From NCBI GenBank assembly GCA_030141605.1, contig JAQGDQ010000238.1, forward strand, positions 124,001 to 188,000: a DNA stretch of 64,000 bases. Reading direction: 5' to 3'. The stretch's first letter is position 1. Each line of letters begins with the position of its first letter. Shown here piece by piece: positions 1 through 15,578 of the stretch. The notes under the pieces were generated by a model. It had not been told where the DNA came from. It searched no databases and saw only the letters and a list, made by a program, of their open reading frames with translations. The position numbers were made by a program, and so were the translations under genes. The DNA is from Tubiluchus corallicola. Lineage: Eukaryota > Animalia > Priapulida.

Positions 1-70
1 GCTGTTGTTGTTGTTGTTGTTGTTGTTGTTGTCGATGTTGTTGTCGTTGTCGTCGTCGCTGTCGTCGTTG
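1..70. repeat. (GTT/GTC)n microsatellite
   Basis: Directly visible. Confidence 0.95.
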
Positions 71-1194
71 CTGGAGCAATGAATTTATAGTGGGTTCGGT
101 GCAGTTTTGTTTGAATGTTTTCCAGAACCATTATTAACCTTGCTTTTAATTTTAACCTTTTTTTACGAAAATATCTATATGTTTGTCATCTATCCCTATG
201 TTCCAAACACATTGGTGACTCAATATTTTTTGACGTATTGCACGATTCCTGTCGTATTATTCGCACTTTAGACAAGATTCTAACGTTATTTTTCTAACAT
301 ATGTTAGTTTTCTAACTAGCAGTTCGAGTGTGTTCAAGTCAGAGATTATTTCCTTTTCCATTTGTGAGACAATTTGTCACAGGGGGACAGTTGGCTATCA
401 AAAGTGTTGTCGAAAGTGTTGCCAAGGTAAAAAATGCTGACAGCAATTAATTTCATTAATTCCCAAAAACTTTTCAGCAGAACTTACTGACTTTCTCCAA
501 GGTCGTGATGGAGAAAACTCATCAATTTCAAGCAAAGATGAATAAGGTGGCATTGCAATTTCTTTTCTGCGTTGTACGTTATTCCTGCTCTTTTCCTTCT
601 TTTTTTCGGTTATAGGTCAGCTGGATATGGTCAGACCTGGATCAAGCGCTCTCCTGACGACACAGCTATTGGCGAACTGGCACCTTGTAGATCTCGTTGA
701 AGTTCTATGTGCACATCCTTTCCTTGAATGTTTATAGATTCAATTATGTGAATGCGGGAGATCAAATGATTAAATAAACATAGACATGCTTATTGATCTC
801 TTCTGGTGCACATTTGCATAAAATACACAACTAATTCAACGTATAAAATTTACACGAAAGTAAATGGAAGAAACGAGAAGTGATAAATTGGGTGCAAGGG
901 AACGGATAGCAAAAGACCATCAGGTCACGCGTTCACATACGTGTATAGTTGAATCCATAAGCTACCCTTGTTAAAATAAAATAAAACTATACGGGATGCA
1001 AAATTACTAGGAAGAAAGTACAATTAGGAATAAGAAAAAACAATATCAAAAACAACAAAAAAACAGTGATAAAGTTAAATTGTAAAGAAAAAAGATACAC
1101 CAAATAGTGTATGTATGTATGTATATATAATGAACATTTAACTTTTGAACATTGCATCTTAAGTTGTACTTGAATATGTAAATAAATATATTCT

Positions 1195-1257
1195 ACATAC
1201 ACACATACATACTGCACACACACACGCACACGCACACGCCCACGCGCACGCGCACGC

Positions 1258-1290
<33 letters not shown>

Positions 1291-1292
1291 CA
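1195..1292. repeat. (CA)n/(GCAC)n compound microsatellite
   Basis: Directly visible. Confidence 0.9.
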
Positions 1293-1841
1293 AATATATA
1301 TGTGTATGTTATTATTGTGCTTTTGTTACTATGCTTTTTTTTAGTATTATCGTCCCTACTACGTTTGAGCCGTTCCGTCCTATGTACAGGATCAATGTGT
1401 TTTTGGTCTCTTCATGTTGTACGCTCAATAATCTATATGTTCATACATACACATACATAAATACACAAACGAAATAATTACCATCAATGCACTTCATAAT
1501 CTTGCTCGTACTCTTACATAAAATATTGAATAAACATATTCCTAATAAACGGTTACGAACTAACCTAATCAGTTTTCTAAGTTATTTTAAAACATAGGCG
1601 TATACTTTTATGTGTGTTATATTATGTACGTACTGTCCCGTTTTTACTAGGAAAAGAAGCATTAGGCATTGTGCAACTGGGAGTTTTGTACCGCCCACAA
1701 CTGGGACCACTGCATCACTAATATTTGATAAAAAATAATACGCGTAAGTAAAAATTTGGCAATTTAACAGAGTTGCACCGCCCTGAACCAGCAGGCAGGA
1801 ACCGGAACCAATTAGCAACAACAAGCGCGCCGTAGGTGCCG

Positions 1842-1857
1842 CCCTCTAGGTGGCAGC
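1842..1857 (+). promoter_or_regulatory. CTCF-like motif
   Basis: CCCTCTAGGTGGCAGC matches the CTCF core CC.CYAGRKGGCRS within a small GC-rich patch. Confidence 0.45.
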
Positions 1858-3706
1858 CAGTTCTTAATGTGAATCATAATATCAATTCAGAGTTGATTTT
1901 TAACGAAGATTTAAATGACAAAGCTAGCGTAACTCAATACAAATAGTTCAGTGCTCTAAGAATGAGAAAAGAACGTTTTAGGGGGCATGTCCAAATACGA
2001 ATAAATAAAACTCGCCTAAAAGAAACCCTGTTTGACGTCAACGACAACACAAAAGAATGTTCCTCGTAGTAGCTACATAAATAGGTCTCTATTACCTATA
2101 TTCACAGTGTTTTTATTATAATTTAAGGCTACATCCAATAACCAGATAATCCAAGTTACTCGGAAAAGCCCCCTTTTATCTTTATATTAAGAAGTTTTTA
2201 ACTACCTTTAAAGCGGTGTGGTCAGCAATACAGTCAAAAAACATTTTTATACAGATCTAGTGTCCACAACGATAACTGACAAGTATAGGTTGCTTACAGT
2301 AGCATTTACCAGAAACTTCCCAGTGTTTAGTACTCTCTTACTTTTTTCAGTATTTTCTAAATTTATAACTATACAACTCTATTTCCTTTGCTTCTAATAA
2401 TCTTTTAAATGTTATGTATAAGTTCTCATGCAGTTTTCGTTATCTCCGGGTAACGCAAACCAACACAATTCCTTTCTTTCGCGAACATCGAAAATATTTG
2501 TAAGCATGTTGTGAGGTGTTTGTAGGCACCCCTATTTGTGTAACCAACTTCGATATTTTTTAGTTAATATTGCGTTCGTAAATGTATTTGCGATAATTTG
2601 CAAAGACACTAAACCGGAAAACCTTAATCTTCGAAGTACGAAAGAATAACTCCTAAATCTCGCTGGAATTTACTAAACTCACTAATTAGCTTATAGATAC
2701 GTATTGTACTTGCCTAAAAGATTTAGTATAAAAACTTGTCTGAAGGACCGCCCCTTAAATTCTAAACTCTCTCTTATTATAATAAATAATATCCATGACA
2801 AAAGGGTTCCCTTGTAAGGTTCAGTCAGCAGACAAAAAAATTCTATTCAGTTTTTTCTCTTGGCGAACGTTAATTGGCTTGGCAAGAGCCAGAGGCTAAA
2901 AACTCTTGTTTTTGTTATGCGCAGCGGTATGCAACGCAACACGTGATTTTGGGAGGTCCTTTGACACAACCCTAAACTACGATTATCGAGAACCTAGCCA
3001 CGATCTCTAGCCTAATAGTAACGTAAGGTGTATCATTTTTGTATATTTTCCCAAAAGGTCTGAAAGATTAGCTCCTATAACGCTTAGCTGAGAGAAAAAT
3101 ACTGAACTTGTACAGCGCGACAAATTTGGGGTCAAGTAATAATTTAATGCATTGATGTAGTAGTCAATGCCATAATTTATTCACTTCTTTGCTTAATTCT
3201 CAGCCTCCTTCAATGAAGTTGTACAAGTACCTTGGGTATTATCTTGCGAGTCATTGCTTCTGACAGCTTATAGGTGCGCTGATAGAATTTTCCAATTATT
3301 AACGTGAAGGATAACACCTTCTGTTCTTTCTCCTTATCACTAGTGTTAAGACCAAGAGTACCATTAGTTGTGGAAACCAATCCATACTCCACCTCACCTC
3401 ACCTGATCTCTGCTCATCTCGTCTCACCTCCACCTTACTTTACCTCTCCTTATCTTGCTTCACTTTCACCTTACTTCACCTCACATCATCTCGTCTGATC
3501 CCATCTCATCTTTTATTGTTGCTTATTAGAGAAAATACCATTACAATTAGGTACATAGATAGTAAAAAAACACAATAGTAAAAAAATGAAAAAAGTTAAT
3601 GACACTGACTTATCAAGGGAGCAATTAATATGTGAGCAATTAACATCTTACAGCTGAGCTAAAGGCTTGAAAAGCCCAACTTCAATGCATGGTGTATTGT
3701 TAAGTT

Positions 3707-3810
3707 GTCATCTTATCTCATCTCATCTCATCTCATTTCATCTCATCTCATCTCATCTCATCTCATCTCATCTCATCTCATCTCATCTCATCTCATCTCA
3801 TCTCATCTCA
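3707..3810. repeat. (TCTCA)n microsatellite
   Basis: Directly visible; a decayed relative lies at 3388-3512. Confidence 0.95.
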
Positions 3811-4708
3811 CTTTATTTTTACCATTTGTGCGTCTAACTTAAACACTTTTTAAAATAACAATAAATTATTTTTCACTTTTGAATCTTTCATATTTCATCC
3901 TTTAGTATCCTTCATATTTCAAGATTATTTCGGTCACCCAACTTCGTAATGACGCTAGCTCCGTCAGCCTGAGGTAACGTTTGTAAATCTCTGATCATTT
4001 GCTGAGATTGATAGGCACCATTTTTTAAGTGGCTTGCCTCTAACTAGCCTAAATCGCAGTAAATTATCTTCCCCAAACTGGTCTCCTAGCTTCTGCAGCT
4101 TGCGACCAGACTTTCTTGCAATATTTTTACGTCATATAAGTCTATAGTAGTGCACATAATTTCTCCCAGATTAGTGCTTAGGGTGACAAAGGGACGCAAG
4201 TGTCCGTGAAAGGAGAAATAATTCACTCTGTGATCACTAGAGGTGTCATCGTTTGAAAAACTGGGCTTGATGTATTTTTTGCTTTTGTGTCACTTTTGAA
4301 TTCGAACAACAACTGCAGTTACAGTTGTCTGATTTATCATTCACAAGAACAGCATGCAGAGTGCTTCCAAAAAATTTGTATTGTAAGATAATGTTGGAAG
4401 ATGCAGTGTAAAACTGTCTCTTTTGAGCCACCATATAATTTCCTCTTTGAATACGAAAATGTTAGCATATTTCCGTGTATTAGACGGCATTTTCTTCAAA
4501 AATTTAAAAGTTTACTCAAAACTTTTTAGACCTACTTAGTCTAGAATCAGTTCCGTAGTATCACTTAGATCCATAATATGCTGTATTGGTATAGTATTAT
4601 GTATATAGGAATATGACTAAGTTGTAGTTTGATTTTTACATTGCTGTATTAACTTTTCCTTTTATATCGTGAAGTACCTTGAACATTTCTATGGAAAAAC
4701 ACTCTAAT

Positions 4709-4710
<2 letters not shown>

Positions 4711-4779
<69 letters not shown>

Positions 4780-4790
4780 GTCATCGTCAT
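4711..4790. repeat. (ATC)n microsatellite
   Basis: Directly visible. Confidence 0.97.
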
Positions 4791-5775
4791 TATTAATAGC
4801 AAGTTCATGGCGTTTCAATTTTAAATTTAACAGCGTAATTTATATCACAGTTAAGTTTATAGCACTTCAACATTAATTTTTTTATAAAAAAATCCGTGCA
4901 CAAACAAGGACCCTACCATAACATAAAGTGTTAACTTGAATTAGTCACAAAGCACTAAAAAGATAGTTGAACGGAAAACATGCTAAATAATTTTCTTAAT
5001 TTTCTCGGCTTGTTTTTTTATTGCTAGAATGTAGCAAAACATTGCCAAACTCAATAAAATTAATTTTTGCTATTAAAATTTAGGACAGAAGCTATAATGT
5101 AGTCTAAAGAGGCATAGACTGCAATATACATAATACAAGTTAAAAGTATAGGCTCTGTAGGATTGCTGAAATGCAGACTGTTTGCATGCATACTTCGTGC
5201 AACTTTAACTACAGATAAGTAAGCTTACTACTGACAATTACGTAAGTAGTACAGAAGTTCTCGCTTTTATGAAACATATTATTGCGCAAAATTAAAAGTG
5301 CACCGGCTGCCTTTTTTAAAAATGCTAAGAATATTAACAAATTTTATTTCGTGGTGTTAGGCAGAAGATAACCTTTGCAAATTTTTGGAAACTTTTTCGA
5401 CCTTGACGAGGGCACGGTCCATGCTTGCTTCTGCCTCATCTTCTCTGTGCAGCTCAGAAACCGCTAAATTCCGCAATTTTGTGAAAAATAATGACAACCA
5501 AACAACTTTTATGACTATAATGACTAGTGTGTATTGTGGCAAGACCGTGGGAACCGAAATCTAGTATACGGATTTAATAATGCAGAAATTTGTAGCATTA
5601 TGGCTGGCGAGACAGTGAAGAATAATTACGGGTATTTTGTGTGCGTTTGTGACAGGCAGCAAGTAATGCGTGTCCAAACACGTGTGTAGAATGCGTGCAG
5701 CGTGCGTGCATGCGTAAACCTTCCGGTGTTACACACATTGAGTTGAAAAACCACAAAATCGGTGTCAGAAAGTAC

Positions 5776-5777
<2 letters not shown>

Positions 5778-5874
<97 letters not shown>

Positions 5875-5886
5875 CATCACCATCAT
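5778..5886. repeat. (TTA)n microsatellite
   Basis: Directly visible. Confidence 0.97.
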
Positions 5887-6974
5887 TTTTATTATTAAAT
5901 TTTGTTCAAACACTGTAGATTAAAGACTCAGTAATTCAAGAAATACAGTACAAACATTATCAAACAGAATTTAACAGTAGTAAAGGAAAGGCCAAGCCTT
6001 CTGCAGAGTTAGGCTTACTTCAATGTTGGCGAAAGCGTTAGAAAGATTTAGTAATAAAATTCAGTGAGATAAGCGCCTCTTGTAATTAGTAAAATCACTT
6101 TAATTAAAGTCGCGTTCATTTCAAGCTTCAGTGACAGCTCGCATTTTGAAACCTCCATTTTTCCAACAATGACATTGTTCACCGGCTTAAGAAAAGCAGT
6201 GCACTGCCAATTTACGTCAGAAGTGCAATACGTTTTCACAAAAAATAGACAGACAATTTTGCGACATTTTTGCATGATTATTAGGTAAGCTACAGAAATC
6301 TGAAATAGTTTAAGCAGCTCGCGCTTACGAAAAGGCGCGATTTAAGTCCTCCAATCACATCATAATTTTCAATGCCCGAACATTTCTATACAAACAGCAT
6401 TATAGACAGTTTTTGCAAATTTCTTTGTTATATTTAACTAAGTTTAATAAAATAATGGTAAAATAAACCAAACGTGCTAAATGACTTGTCCTTAATAAAA
6501 AAGCGAAAACAAATTAATAAATAAGCTTACTTAAGTTAGAAAGTTTTAAAAAAATTGGTATATTCTTAGTTTCTACTTAAAGACAGCATAATGTAAAACC
6601 TAATTCACAAGCACAAAAGTTGGGAAATGTTTGTTCACTTTTAATTTTATACTATCTTGAATTTATCAAACAATTGTTTAATATTGATCTGTAAAATTGT
6701 TTAATGCATGTTTACACGGAAACTGATACTAAGCTGTGGAATTGTTTACAAGTTGTACATACCTTGGACAGACTACTACATCCCTTTGCTGTTCTAATGT
6801 TTCAGCTTAACATTAAAATTAGCACAGTAAAACTCACGATAACATTTTTCTATTTTTAAGTATTAGTTATAAGAATTTATTGGTATACTGAATTGTCAAT
6901 ACAGTGATAAAACGCTTCTCTGAGAGCTACTTCGCGACTGTTTGTCCAACCCTAAACCGAATCCTAGACCTACA

Positions 6975-7233
6975 CTAGAGGAAACCTAGAGGAACCCTAG
7001 AGCAACACTAGAGGAATCCTAGAGCAACCCTAGATCAACCAAGAGCAACCCTAGAGCAACAGAGCAACCTAGAGCAACCGTAGAGCTATCCTAGACCTAA
7101 TCGTAGACCCACCCTAAAGCAACCCCAGAGCAACCAAGAGCAGCCCTAAAGCAACCAAAGAGCAACCCTAGAGCAACACTAGAACAACCCTAGAGCAACC
7201 ATAGGGCAACCCTACAGCAATCTAGAGCAACCC
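6975..7233. repeat. 11-bp minisatellite (CTAGAGCAACC)n, degenerate
   Basis: More than 20 variant copies of TAGAGCAACCC. Confidence 0.9.
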
Positions 7234-8896
7234 TCTTTACAGACACACACAATACGCAGTAAAGTAATAGTAAAATGAAACGACTGAAACAAAACTAGAG
7301 GTGTTTAAATATGATTATCAATCTCTTGTATTAAATATAATGCAACTGTAAACTATCACAAAGGTCATTCAGCTTAGCCAACTTAGCAAACCAGTATTTT
7401 CTCCAAAAAAAGTCTTGCATCGTGAGCTATATGAACTATAATAATTTGACGTAACAAGCCTCGCACCCTTATACATCCCCATTAAAGTAGTTTAAAACGT
7501 ATTAAACTATTATAATTATCATATTATTATAATTACATGGATGTTGTCTGGCGCAGCGGCCCATGTCTCCTTGTCGTTAGTAACGTGACAAACAAACTAA
7601 TTTCCCGAAATTGCTCGAATTTTTCCTTTCGTGTTGCACATCAATTACAGGTGTTATACAAGCAATTTAAAGAATTCTTGTCGTAATTTCAAAAAGTTGT
7701 GATTTTTCGTATTTCATGCTGCATTGGCATACCTCAATACAGGTAACTGTGTTGTAAGCACATATACATCAACAATATTAGATCCTAAAAACCTTTACTC
7801 GATTTACATTTTAAACAGGAGCCAACGTTTTTAATTATAATTCGGAAATCCTTCAATCTACGTAGCCGTACCAGGTTACAATCCAAAATGATAAGAACCT
7901 GATTTTCCAACATCGAAAGTTTCAAATTAGAAGAAAGTGGCTAAAAGTCGCGGTTTAATTTTGTTACAAAGTTAAGCAGCACTGGGTCTAGCTAGTAAAA
8001 TAATACGTGATCGCTCAGAGTAAACAGTTTGATCTGCCATTCAGGTTATTTATCTTGTTCAGGAATGCGGTATAAACATCCAAATATGGCTTAAACAGCC
8101 CTGCCGGTTCTGTATTACATTTCATTAATTAATTCTTGATAATTAGCAAAATCACCAGCGCCTGGTTATCCTATAGGCTAGCATAGCTGCAGTCTAGGGT
8201 CACTCAGCCGTGTGGGGCCCTCAACCTTTAGTAACATTCGGTAAAAAATGTTTCACTACGCTTGTGTTGAAATATGTGATCAATTGGTTTGTATTAAACA
8301 GTAAAGTAGTGGCATTTCTTAAAGACTATTTTTATTGACAAATAAAAGATAGTTATTCTAGTTTATTTAAAGAGTTTACAATAAGTTTACTGCAAGCTAT
8401 ATAAATGTTGTGCGTGCGTGTGACAGAGTGGGTAATTCCATAATTCCAGCCAAAGGGGCATAAAAAGTCATAATCCAGCCCTGAGTATAACGGTACTGCG
8501 AGAACTAGTAACGTTAATATGCAGTATAGCAGTTAGCAGTTATACGGGGTTGAGTATAAAAAGCTAATATGACTGTAAGCTAATATAACTTACATATGGC
8601 TGTAAATAAAAGAACACTCAAAAATAATAACTTTTCACTTGTTCAAGATCATTATGATAGTTTTTAGCTATTGTCGGTTTATCTACTATTATTGTTTTGT
8701 ATTTCAGAATTGTCGTCAGTCAATAAATTTCAAATTAATTAAAATGAACGAAATGCAGACACAATAGTAATTGATCCGACTACATATTACGTATTAGTAA
8801 TCGAAACGTCATATTCTGATTGCTATTTTTAATTTTTTCGCTTTTAAGTTTTTTTACTCTGAGTATTTTTGCGTTGGTAGGTTATTTTATGCAGTG

Positions 8897-9150
8897 TCAT
8901 ATCACACATATTCTACGTACTCCTGGCAGTCTCTTACACAGTGTATCCAGATGCAGGTATGTGCATAAAATATGGACAACATCTTCCTTGTGGTAAGAAA
9001 CTATAAACTTAGCAAATGAGCTCTTTGAGCGCCATTGTAACACGCCGCCAAGGAGACAGGTTAACAAAGCACGAACAAATTGAGAACTCTTTACAACCAA
9101 TAAATCCATCTCTTTGCTTTGTTGATACCAAGGATGCTGCATACATGCTC
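8897..9150 (-). mobile_element. Possible old LINE ORF2 C-terminal relic
   Basis: HPWYQ...LLGGVLQ...KEDVVHILC resembles a decayed C-terminal CCHC region (ED..H.L..C). Weak. Confidence 0.3.
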
Positions 9151-9495
9151 ACCTGACAAACCTATAAAATCATTTTAATCAAGTCAGACGTCGGCGCCTT
9201 TGATGTTCCTTGCTTGCACGATCGCCGACTTAGACAGAATGAACGGAAACAATTGAATGTTTGCTTAACCAATTGTTTTGAACGGTAATTGGTTGCTTAA
9301 TGAACCTCTGTAACTTTATCTGTGCCTCTGTATAATTAGGGATAATTCCTGTAAATGCTGTTCTTCATTAACGCGTTGCGTCAGACTAAAAGTTACAATA
9401 GCCTTAAAGTTAGGGGACAACAGCAAGTAATATATACCTTATCGCAAAGTTCAATCAATCTTACATTCATGATTAGCTGAACAATATATATAATT

Positions 9496-9716
<221 letters not shown>

Positions 9717-10129
9717 ATGAGAGGCGAAGAAGAGAATATAACAATGTATAGGTCAGTCAACTTAACAAGTCTGCAATGGTCCGTAGTATCTGCCATAGCT
9801 TTACTTTCAAAGATAAGTATGACAACAGCAACCCCGCAAAAAGCAGCATGACCAAAATGTCAGACATGCAATAGAACTTTGATCAACCAATTTATGTTGC
9901 TTAATTCAGGCCTTATTGGGTCTTATATTGTACAAATTAATTAATGAATTGGCTGGCAATTAACTCACTCAGGTAACTGGCTAATCACAGATAAAACGTC
10001 TCTTTGAAATGTCTTAATTAAAATTTTTGTTGCATGTGTTGCAAGTTTATTAGCACTTGTACTTTAAATTGAAAAATAAATTACCTTGTTTAAATATTGT
10101 TCTCAATTTATATTAATGTCTTCTTTATT

Positions 10130-10270
10130 GGGTTAAGTTTACAATTCCCCACACATAAAAACCTAGCTCGTGAAGCGGATCAGGATTAATATTAGGATTA
10201 GGTTTAGGGCTAGGACTAGGATTATTGTTAGAGTATCTAAATCGTGTAGGTAACTGTAAACTCCTTCCCT
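10130..10270. mobile_element. Short element with imperfect inverted ends and internal degenerate (TTAGGR)n
   Basis: GGGTTAAGTTTACAATT at the left pairs with AACTGTAAACTCCTTCCC at the right. Interior ATTAGGATTAGGTTTAGGGCTAGGACTAGG. Confidence 0.45.
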
Positions 10271-10331
10271 TAATTGTAAAGGAGCCATAGAGAACATAAA
10301 CTTTTTTTATAAAAATAAAAGACCTTTACTT

Positions 10332-11036
<705 letters not shown>

Positions 11037-13539
11037 TAGACGTGGCTCTTTTATCATAGTAGAGGACACTTCATCAAAGCGACGAATATTTTTTCTTCTC
11101 GCAAAGAGTTACGTTTTTCCTCATGGCATCTCTCCCGCCCTTTTCATTGCTTCTCAACTGTTTCTCTTAGTCATCTCATTTTTTCAATGTATAATGATCG
11201 GCTGGACAAAGCCTTTAGGCATTAGTATTCCGCACCATCTGTAAGAATAGTTTTTATAGTAACCTATGCTTTGTTCAACAAATGCCAAGATGGAAACACC
11301 TTGTATCTTCAGAACTTAATAAAACTTCGGGGCGTATCTGCTAGAGGGTGCCAATAAGTTGAATCACGCGTGAATTTTAGTTCTCCGCGCATTGTAACTG
11401 CAGCTACTCCTTAAACGTGCTAAACATCGAAATTTGCAAAATCATTTTCCAAAGAAAAAAACATCGAATAAAGTTTTATATTATTGTTACAAGAACCTTA
11501 ATTTTCTTTCTTAAAGATGGTTGCATCCTCTATCTTCTTACAACCCGCTCTTTTTGTGAGAGAAATGTTTATGTCTTTTTTATCGCTGTAATTAGTACTT
11601 TAATACCCACACTGGGACGCTTCGCACGCGATCACAAGTGTCATTATGGCATTTAATATTATTCTACAACGGAACACACCCTCACCTTGAGACAGCTCTC
11701 CTTACGGTCCAGACAAAAATTTCTTGGGGAAGATTTCTTTAATGTCCGAATTGTTGTTCGTGTAAAAGACAACTATGGCAACCGCTAAAGTAATGTCAGA
11801 TTAATAAAAGACTGTTAATTGTTGAGTTGCTTTAGATAGAAATTGCTTTAAATTTATTATACTGTGTTGCAACTTGTTAAACTTTCTTAACAAAAACACG
11901 AAAGTGAAAAAACTAAAGTAAAAATTAAACAAAGAACATTATATAGCGGAGTATATTAATAAAATGAGATACAAGATAAGTTGAGGTAAGGCCAAGACGA
12001 GGCATGACTAGACGCGATGGGACAAGAATGATATGAAAGAATGGTGGAAAAGAATGAATGATTGCAACAAGGTATTGTGATTCCATGGAAAATTCAGTGC
12101 ACTACCGGAGACTGCATACTGCAAATAAAATTTCGTAGCATTTTAGAAAGTGGCCATGCGTTTCAGTAATATATTTGCAGTCTTAAAGAATAATTATTAC
12201 TTCTCTTGACCAGATACGTACTTAATACTACAAAGCTATTTTTGGAAATGCCTACAATAAATAAATAACCATTTTTTTCATACTCACATTTATACATGTA
12301 GACATTATACATTTAATATAAAACTGTAAGAGTATTGTAATAATTACAACTCAAAACTATCTATTGCACTAAATGATTCTCGAATGGACGGATTTAAACA
12401 TTTCCTCGGGCGTTTATTTTAACCTTCAAAATCGTGGGAACTCGCCTCCAGTTGTGCAAAATCCCAACAGACACGGGCAATGCAGTTCTGTAGTCTAATA
12501 AAATCTAGACATGCGCTCCTAAAAATGACTTCAATTTGGTTTTATTATAATAATTTTAATAATTATGATGTAGTTTAGTTTATTGACGAACAACAAAAAA
12601 CAATATACAATACCATGTATATATAAAAGATCACACAACACACAAAACATCCCAGTACTTGGGTACGATCATCATATTTATTGAAACAGTAAAAGAAACA
12701 GTAGATGTTGAACAGTAAATAGTATTTACACGTTTGCAAAAATAATATAATTATAATAATGTGCTTTTGTTATCAATTGGATTGATAGTTGTTTATTTTT
12801 TATGTTTAAAAAAGCGTGGATGCTGCTATGATGCTGAAGAATAGAAGAATATCAATGACACACCATTGATAAAGGCTGCAATTATATAGGGGCCAGCAGC
12901 AAAGTAGCAGAACAACACTTAAGAAGAGGAGAGGGAAGAGGACAGAGAAGCTCTGACATCTATTACAGCAGACACTGCTAGTTCTTTCTTACATTTGCAT
13001 ATGTATTGTTTGCAAGTTTTGTAATGATGGTTTTAGTAAAGTAAAGCAGTTCTTAGAATCTTATGCAGAGTTCTTGCTCTCAACCCAGTGCATGTCTAGC
13101 TACCTTAAATTTTATTGGATAAGTTAAAAGAGACTCTGCTATGTATTCAAGGAGGTTCTACCGCTTCATGTAGACTGCTTGCGTTAATCATCATAATTCA
13201 GTAAACTCATGCGCTAGCTCATGGAATGTAATCCAAAAAGACTTTCCTTCATTTTCTGTAAGCCTGGGCGCCATTATCTCTTTTGTCGTGGCCAACATTC
13301 TGAATCGTCATGCATATTAGCATTCGATCTTGCCTGAAATTTAATTTCTGCCATAACTAAGTTTTGAACATTTCTTGGTCAACACTTTCTCCGGTCAATA
13401 ATTTCCCCTTGATCTATGAATTCAGCATTGTGGTTATTAGTGTATAATATTTGGACTCATTAAAAATCAGTTTTTAAACCAGGCAGGTATTTAAAGGTAG
13501 GAGTGGCGATAAATCTATATCTTCAGTCTCATATATCTT

Positions 13540-13895
13540 CTCGTTATACGTCTAAGTTTAAGTTTTTCATACAACAAATAAAAAGTAAACAACGTACATT
13601 GAAATATATACATGTACATACAAATATATACATCATATAAAAATAGGCAATACACATTAAAATATGAACACGCAGAAAATGCAATGTAATAATGAGGGGC
13701 GGTGTGGGGGAGACACAAAAAGCAAACGCTTCTTACATGAGTCTCTTAATTTAATACTAAGAAAGCATTTAGGTCGACAAAATTTAAGCGCCATTTAAAA
13801 AGGTTTGCATTTTGAGCTTTTATCAATGATGCAACATTTACAAGTTCTGGTCAACTGTTCCAAATTGGAACAATTCTGTTAGAAAGAAATGACAT
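13540..13895 (-). mobile_element. CR1/L2-like LINE 3' end relic
   Basis: The minus strand reads SFLSNRIVPIWNS*P...LFKWRLNFVDL, matching the FFSNRVV.IWNSLP motif, followed by an AT-rich UTR. Confidence 0.6.
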
Positions 13896-14526
13896 ACAAT
13901 TTAAGTGAGTTGTTACTTCTGGTCCGACTAGACGTAGCTAATGTAAAATATTGTCTATATCTCTGTCTATATCTATGTCTTTATGTATGATATGATAACG
14001 TAGCACTAAATCTTTATGTAACCTTCTTTCCTTTAATGATCTGAGAGATAAAAATTCAATCGTCACCGATACAAAAGTAGTGTTACATCTATAATACAAA
14101 CGTCTGGTAAAATACCTTTGAACTGTGCAATACTACTAACGACTTCTACAGTTCTACTGTTCCCATGACTATCAAATGACTCTGGTCAAATTGTTAAAAC
14201 TAGGTACACAACTGAATAATTACGCATATTTTCAGCTTTTTTTCGATGTTGCTTTTGTAAAACACATTTTAGAAACGCTAACTGTACATTCAAAGAAAAA
14301 ACAAAAATAACAGTATGTATAAAATACAAATCAACACTGCAAAATCCACGATTGTAGAATTTCGTAATGTTTATTTTTCTGTTTTCCTATTGTTTTTTCT
14401 AAAAATTTTGCAGCTAACTGCAGAAACTGCAGCTAAATTGTGCTAATTGCATGCTGTTTCAAGGATTTTATGATAAAGTACGTAAGTGGCTGAAGTGCTG
14501 AATTATTCGAAGCTATAATTTTAGGT

Positions 14527-14605
14527 TAGAATCGAATTCGAACTTAAAAAACTCGTTCGAATCGTATTCGAACGTTCGAACTCAAACGTTCGATGCTCAC
14601 CACTG
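14527..14605. mobile_element. Single end of a hAT-like MITE (clustered TTCGAA motifs)
   Basis: Five or six TCGAA/TTCGA motifs ending in GCTCACCACTG. No partner terminus seen. Confidence 0.45.
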
Positions 14606-15274
14606 CTGCTTCGTCTCTGCTTGCATTGTCGTGCTGTTTGTGCATTATGAGTTAAAACTATCCAGTTTTTGTTAAAAATGAACAAGTCATGTATCACACA
14701 ACATTCTCAAGCATGTGCAAGTGGCAATGAGTTGACGTGAGGTTAGAATGGCCAGCGGCAGCAAAATTACAACAACTCAACCATCAATTTTCTTCAAAAC
14801 AAGCAGGTTCAGACATGGATCTCGAGACACCTGTTTGGTTCCAGCTAAACCCTTGTCAACTGTAATTTATTCCTAGTGCTAGGTAGATCTCGTCATCGTA
14901 ACGATATTTTAATTACTGAAATATTTAGAAAAGCAAACTAGATTTCATTAAACCAGTGTTTGTGGACATATCTGAGCATAATCTTACGTCAGTAATGTGC
15001 AAGAGCCGATCAAAAAACGTTTGCTGCATAATCTGCTTGAATTTTTTAAAGCAAAGTGTTATATTTGTGTCTATATGTAGACATGCATAACAGAAAACCC
15101 CAAAGGTGTTAACTAATTTCTGTTTTATTATTAAATGAGAATCTTACTTTTACTGAAAACGTTTGTTTGTTTTTGACTTCTTAATGCTATGTGCGAGATT
15201 GTTGCAAGTCAGATGACAATTTCTTGTTTCTCTATAAAACTTTTGTGTTTCATTCCTAATGTTTTATATTTCTG

Positions 15275-15330
15275 TGTAAAACGGGGTGAATAAGTACAGT
15301 GGGGTGAATAGGGACAAAACCCAAGAAAAG
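15275..15330. mobile_element. Pogo-like transposon terminus relic
   Basis: GTAAAACGGGGTGAATAAGTACAGTGGGGTGAATAGGGACA contains a duplicated GGGGTGAATA motif. The other end was not found. Confidence 0.35.
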
Positions 15331-15578
15331 TTATTAAAGCTCTTACAACATTGCAGGAATAAGCAATGTACAGTTCATAATAATTCTATAAACCAACGTA
15401 TGCATGTACCATCTACCAAAGACTCTATATCATTGCGAGGTCACTCCTAGTTGCCACGGCAACTGTAAAATCTAAGGCATAATAATAACACAAAAAATAA
15501 TGGTAGTCTAACTTTTATTGCACAGGCCTAATCAGTGTAGCTGGCAGTTGAGTGACTTATCTTCAGTAACACCTAACG

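Noticed and set aside
12800-13430. Coding-like composition on the minus strand
   Set aside because: Multiple stops in the frame I read and no recognisable motif.
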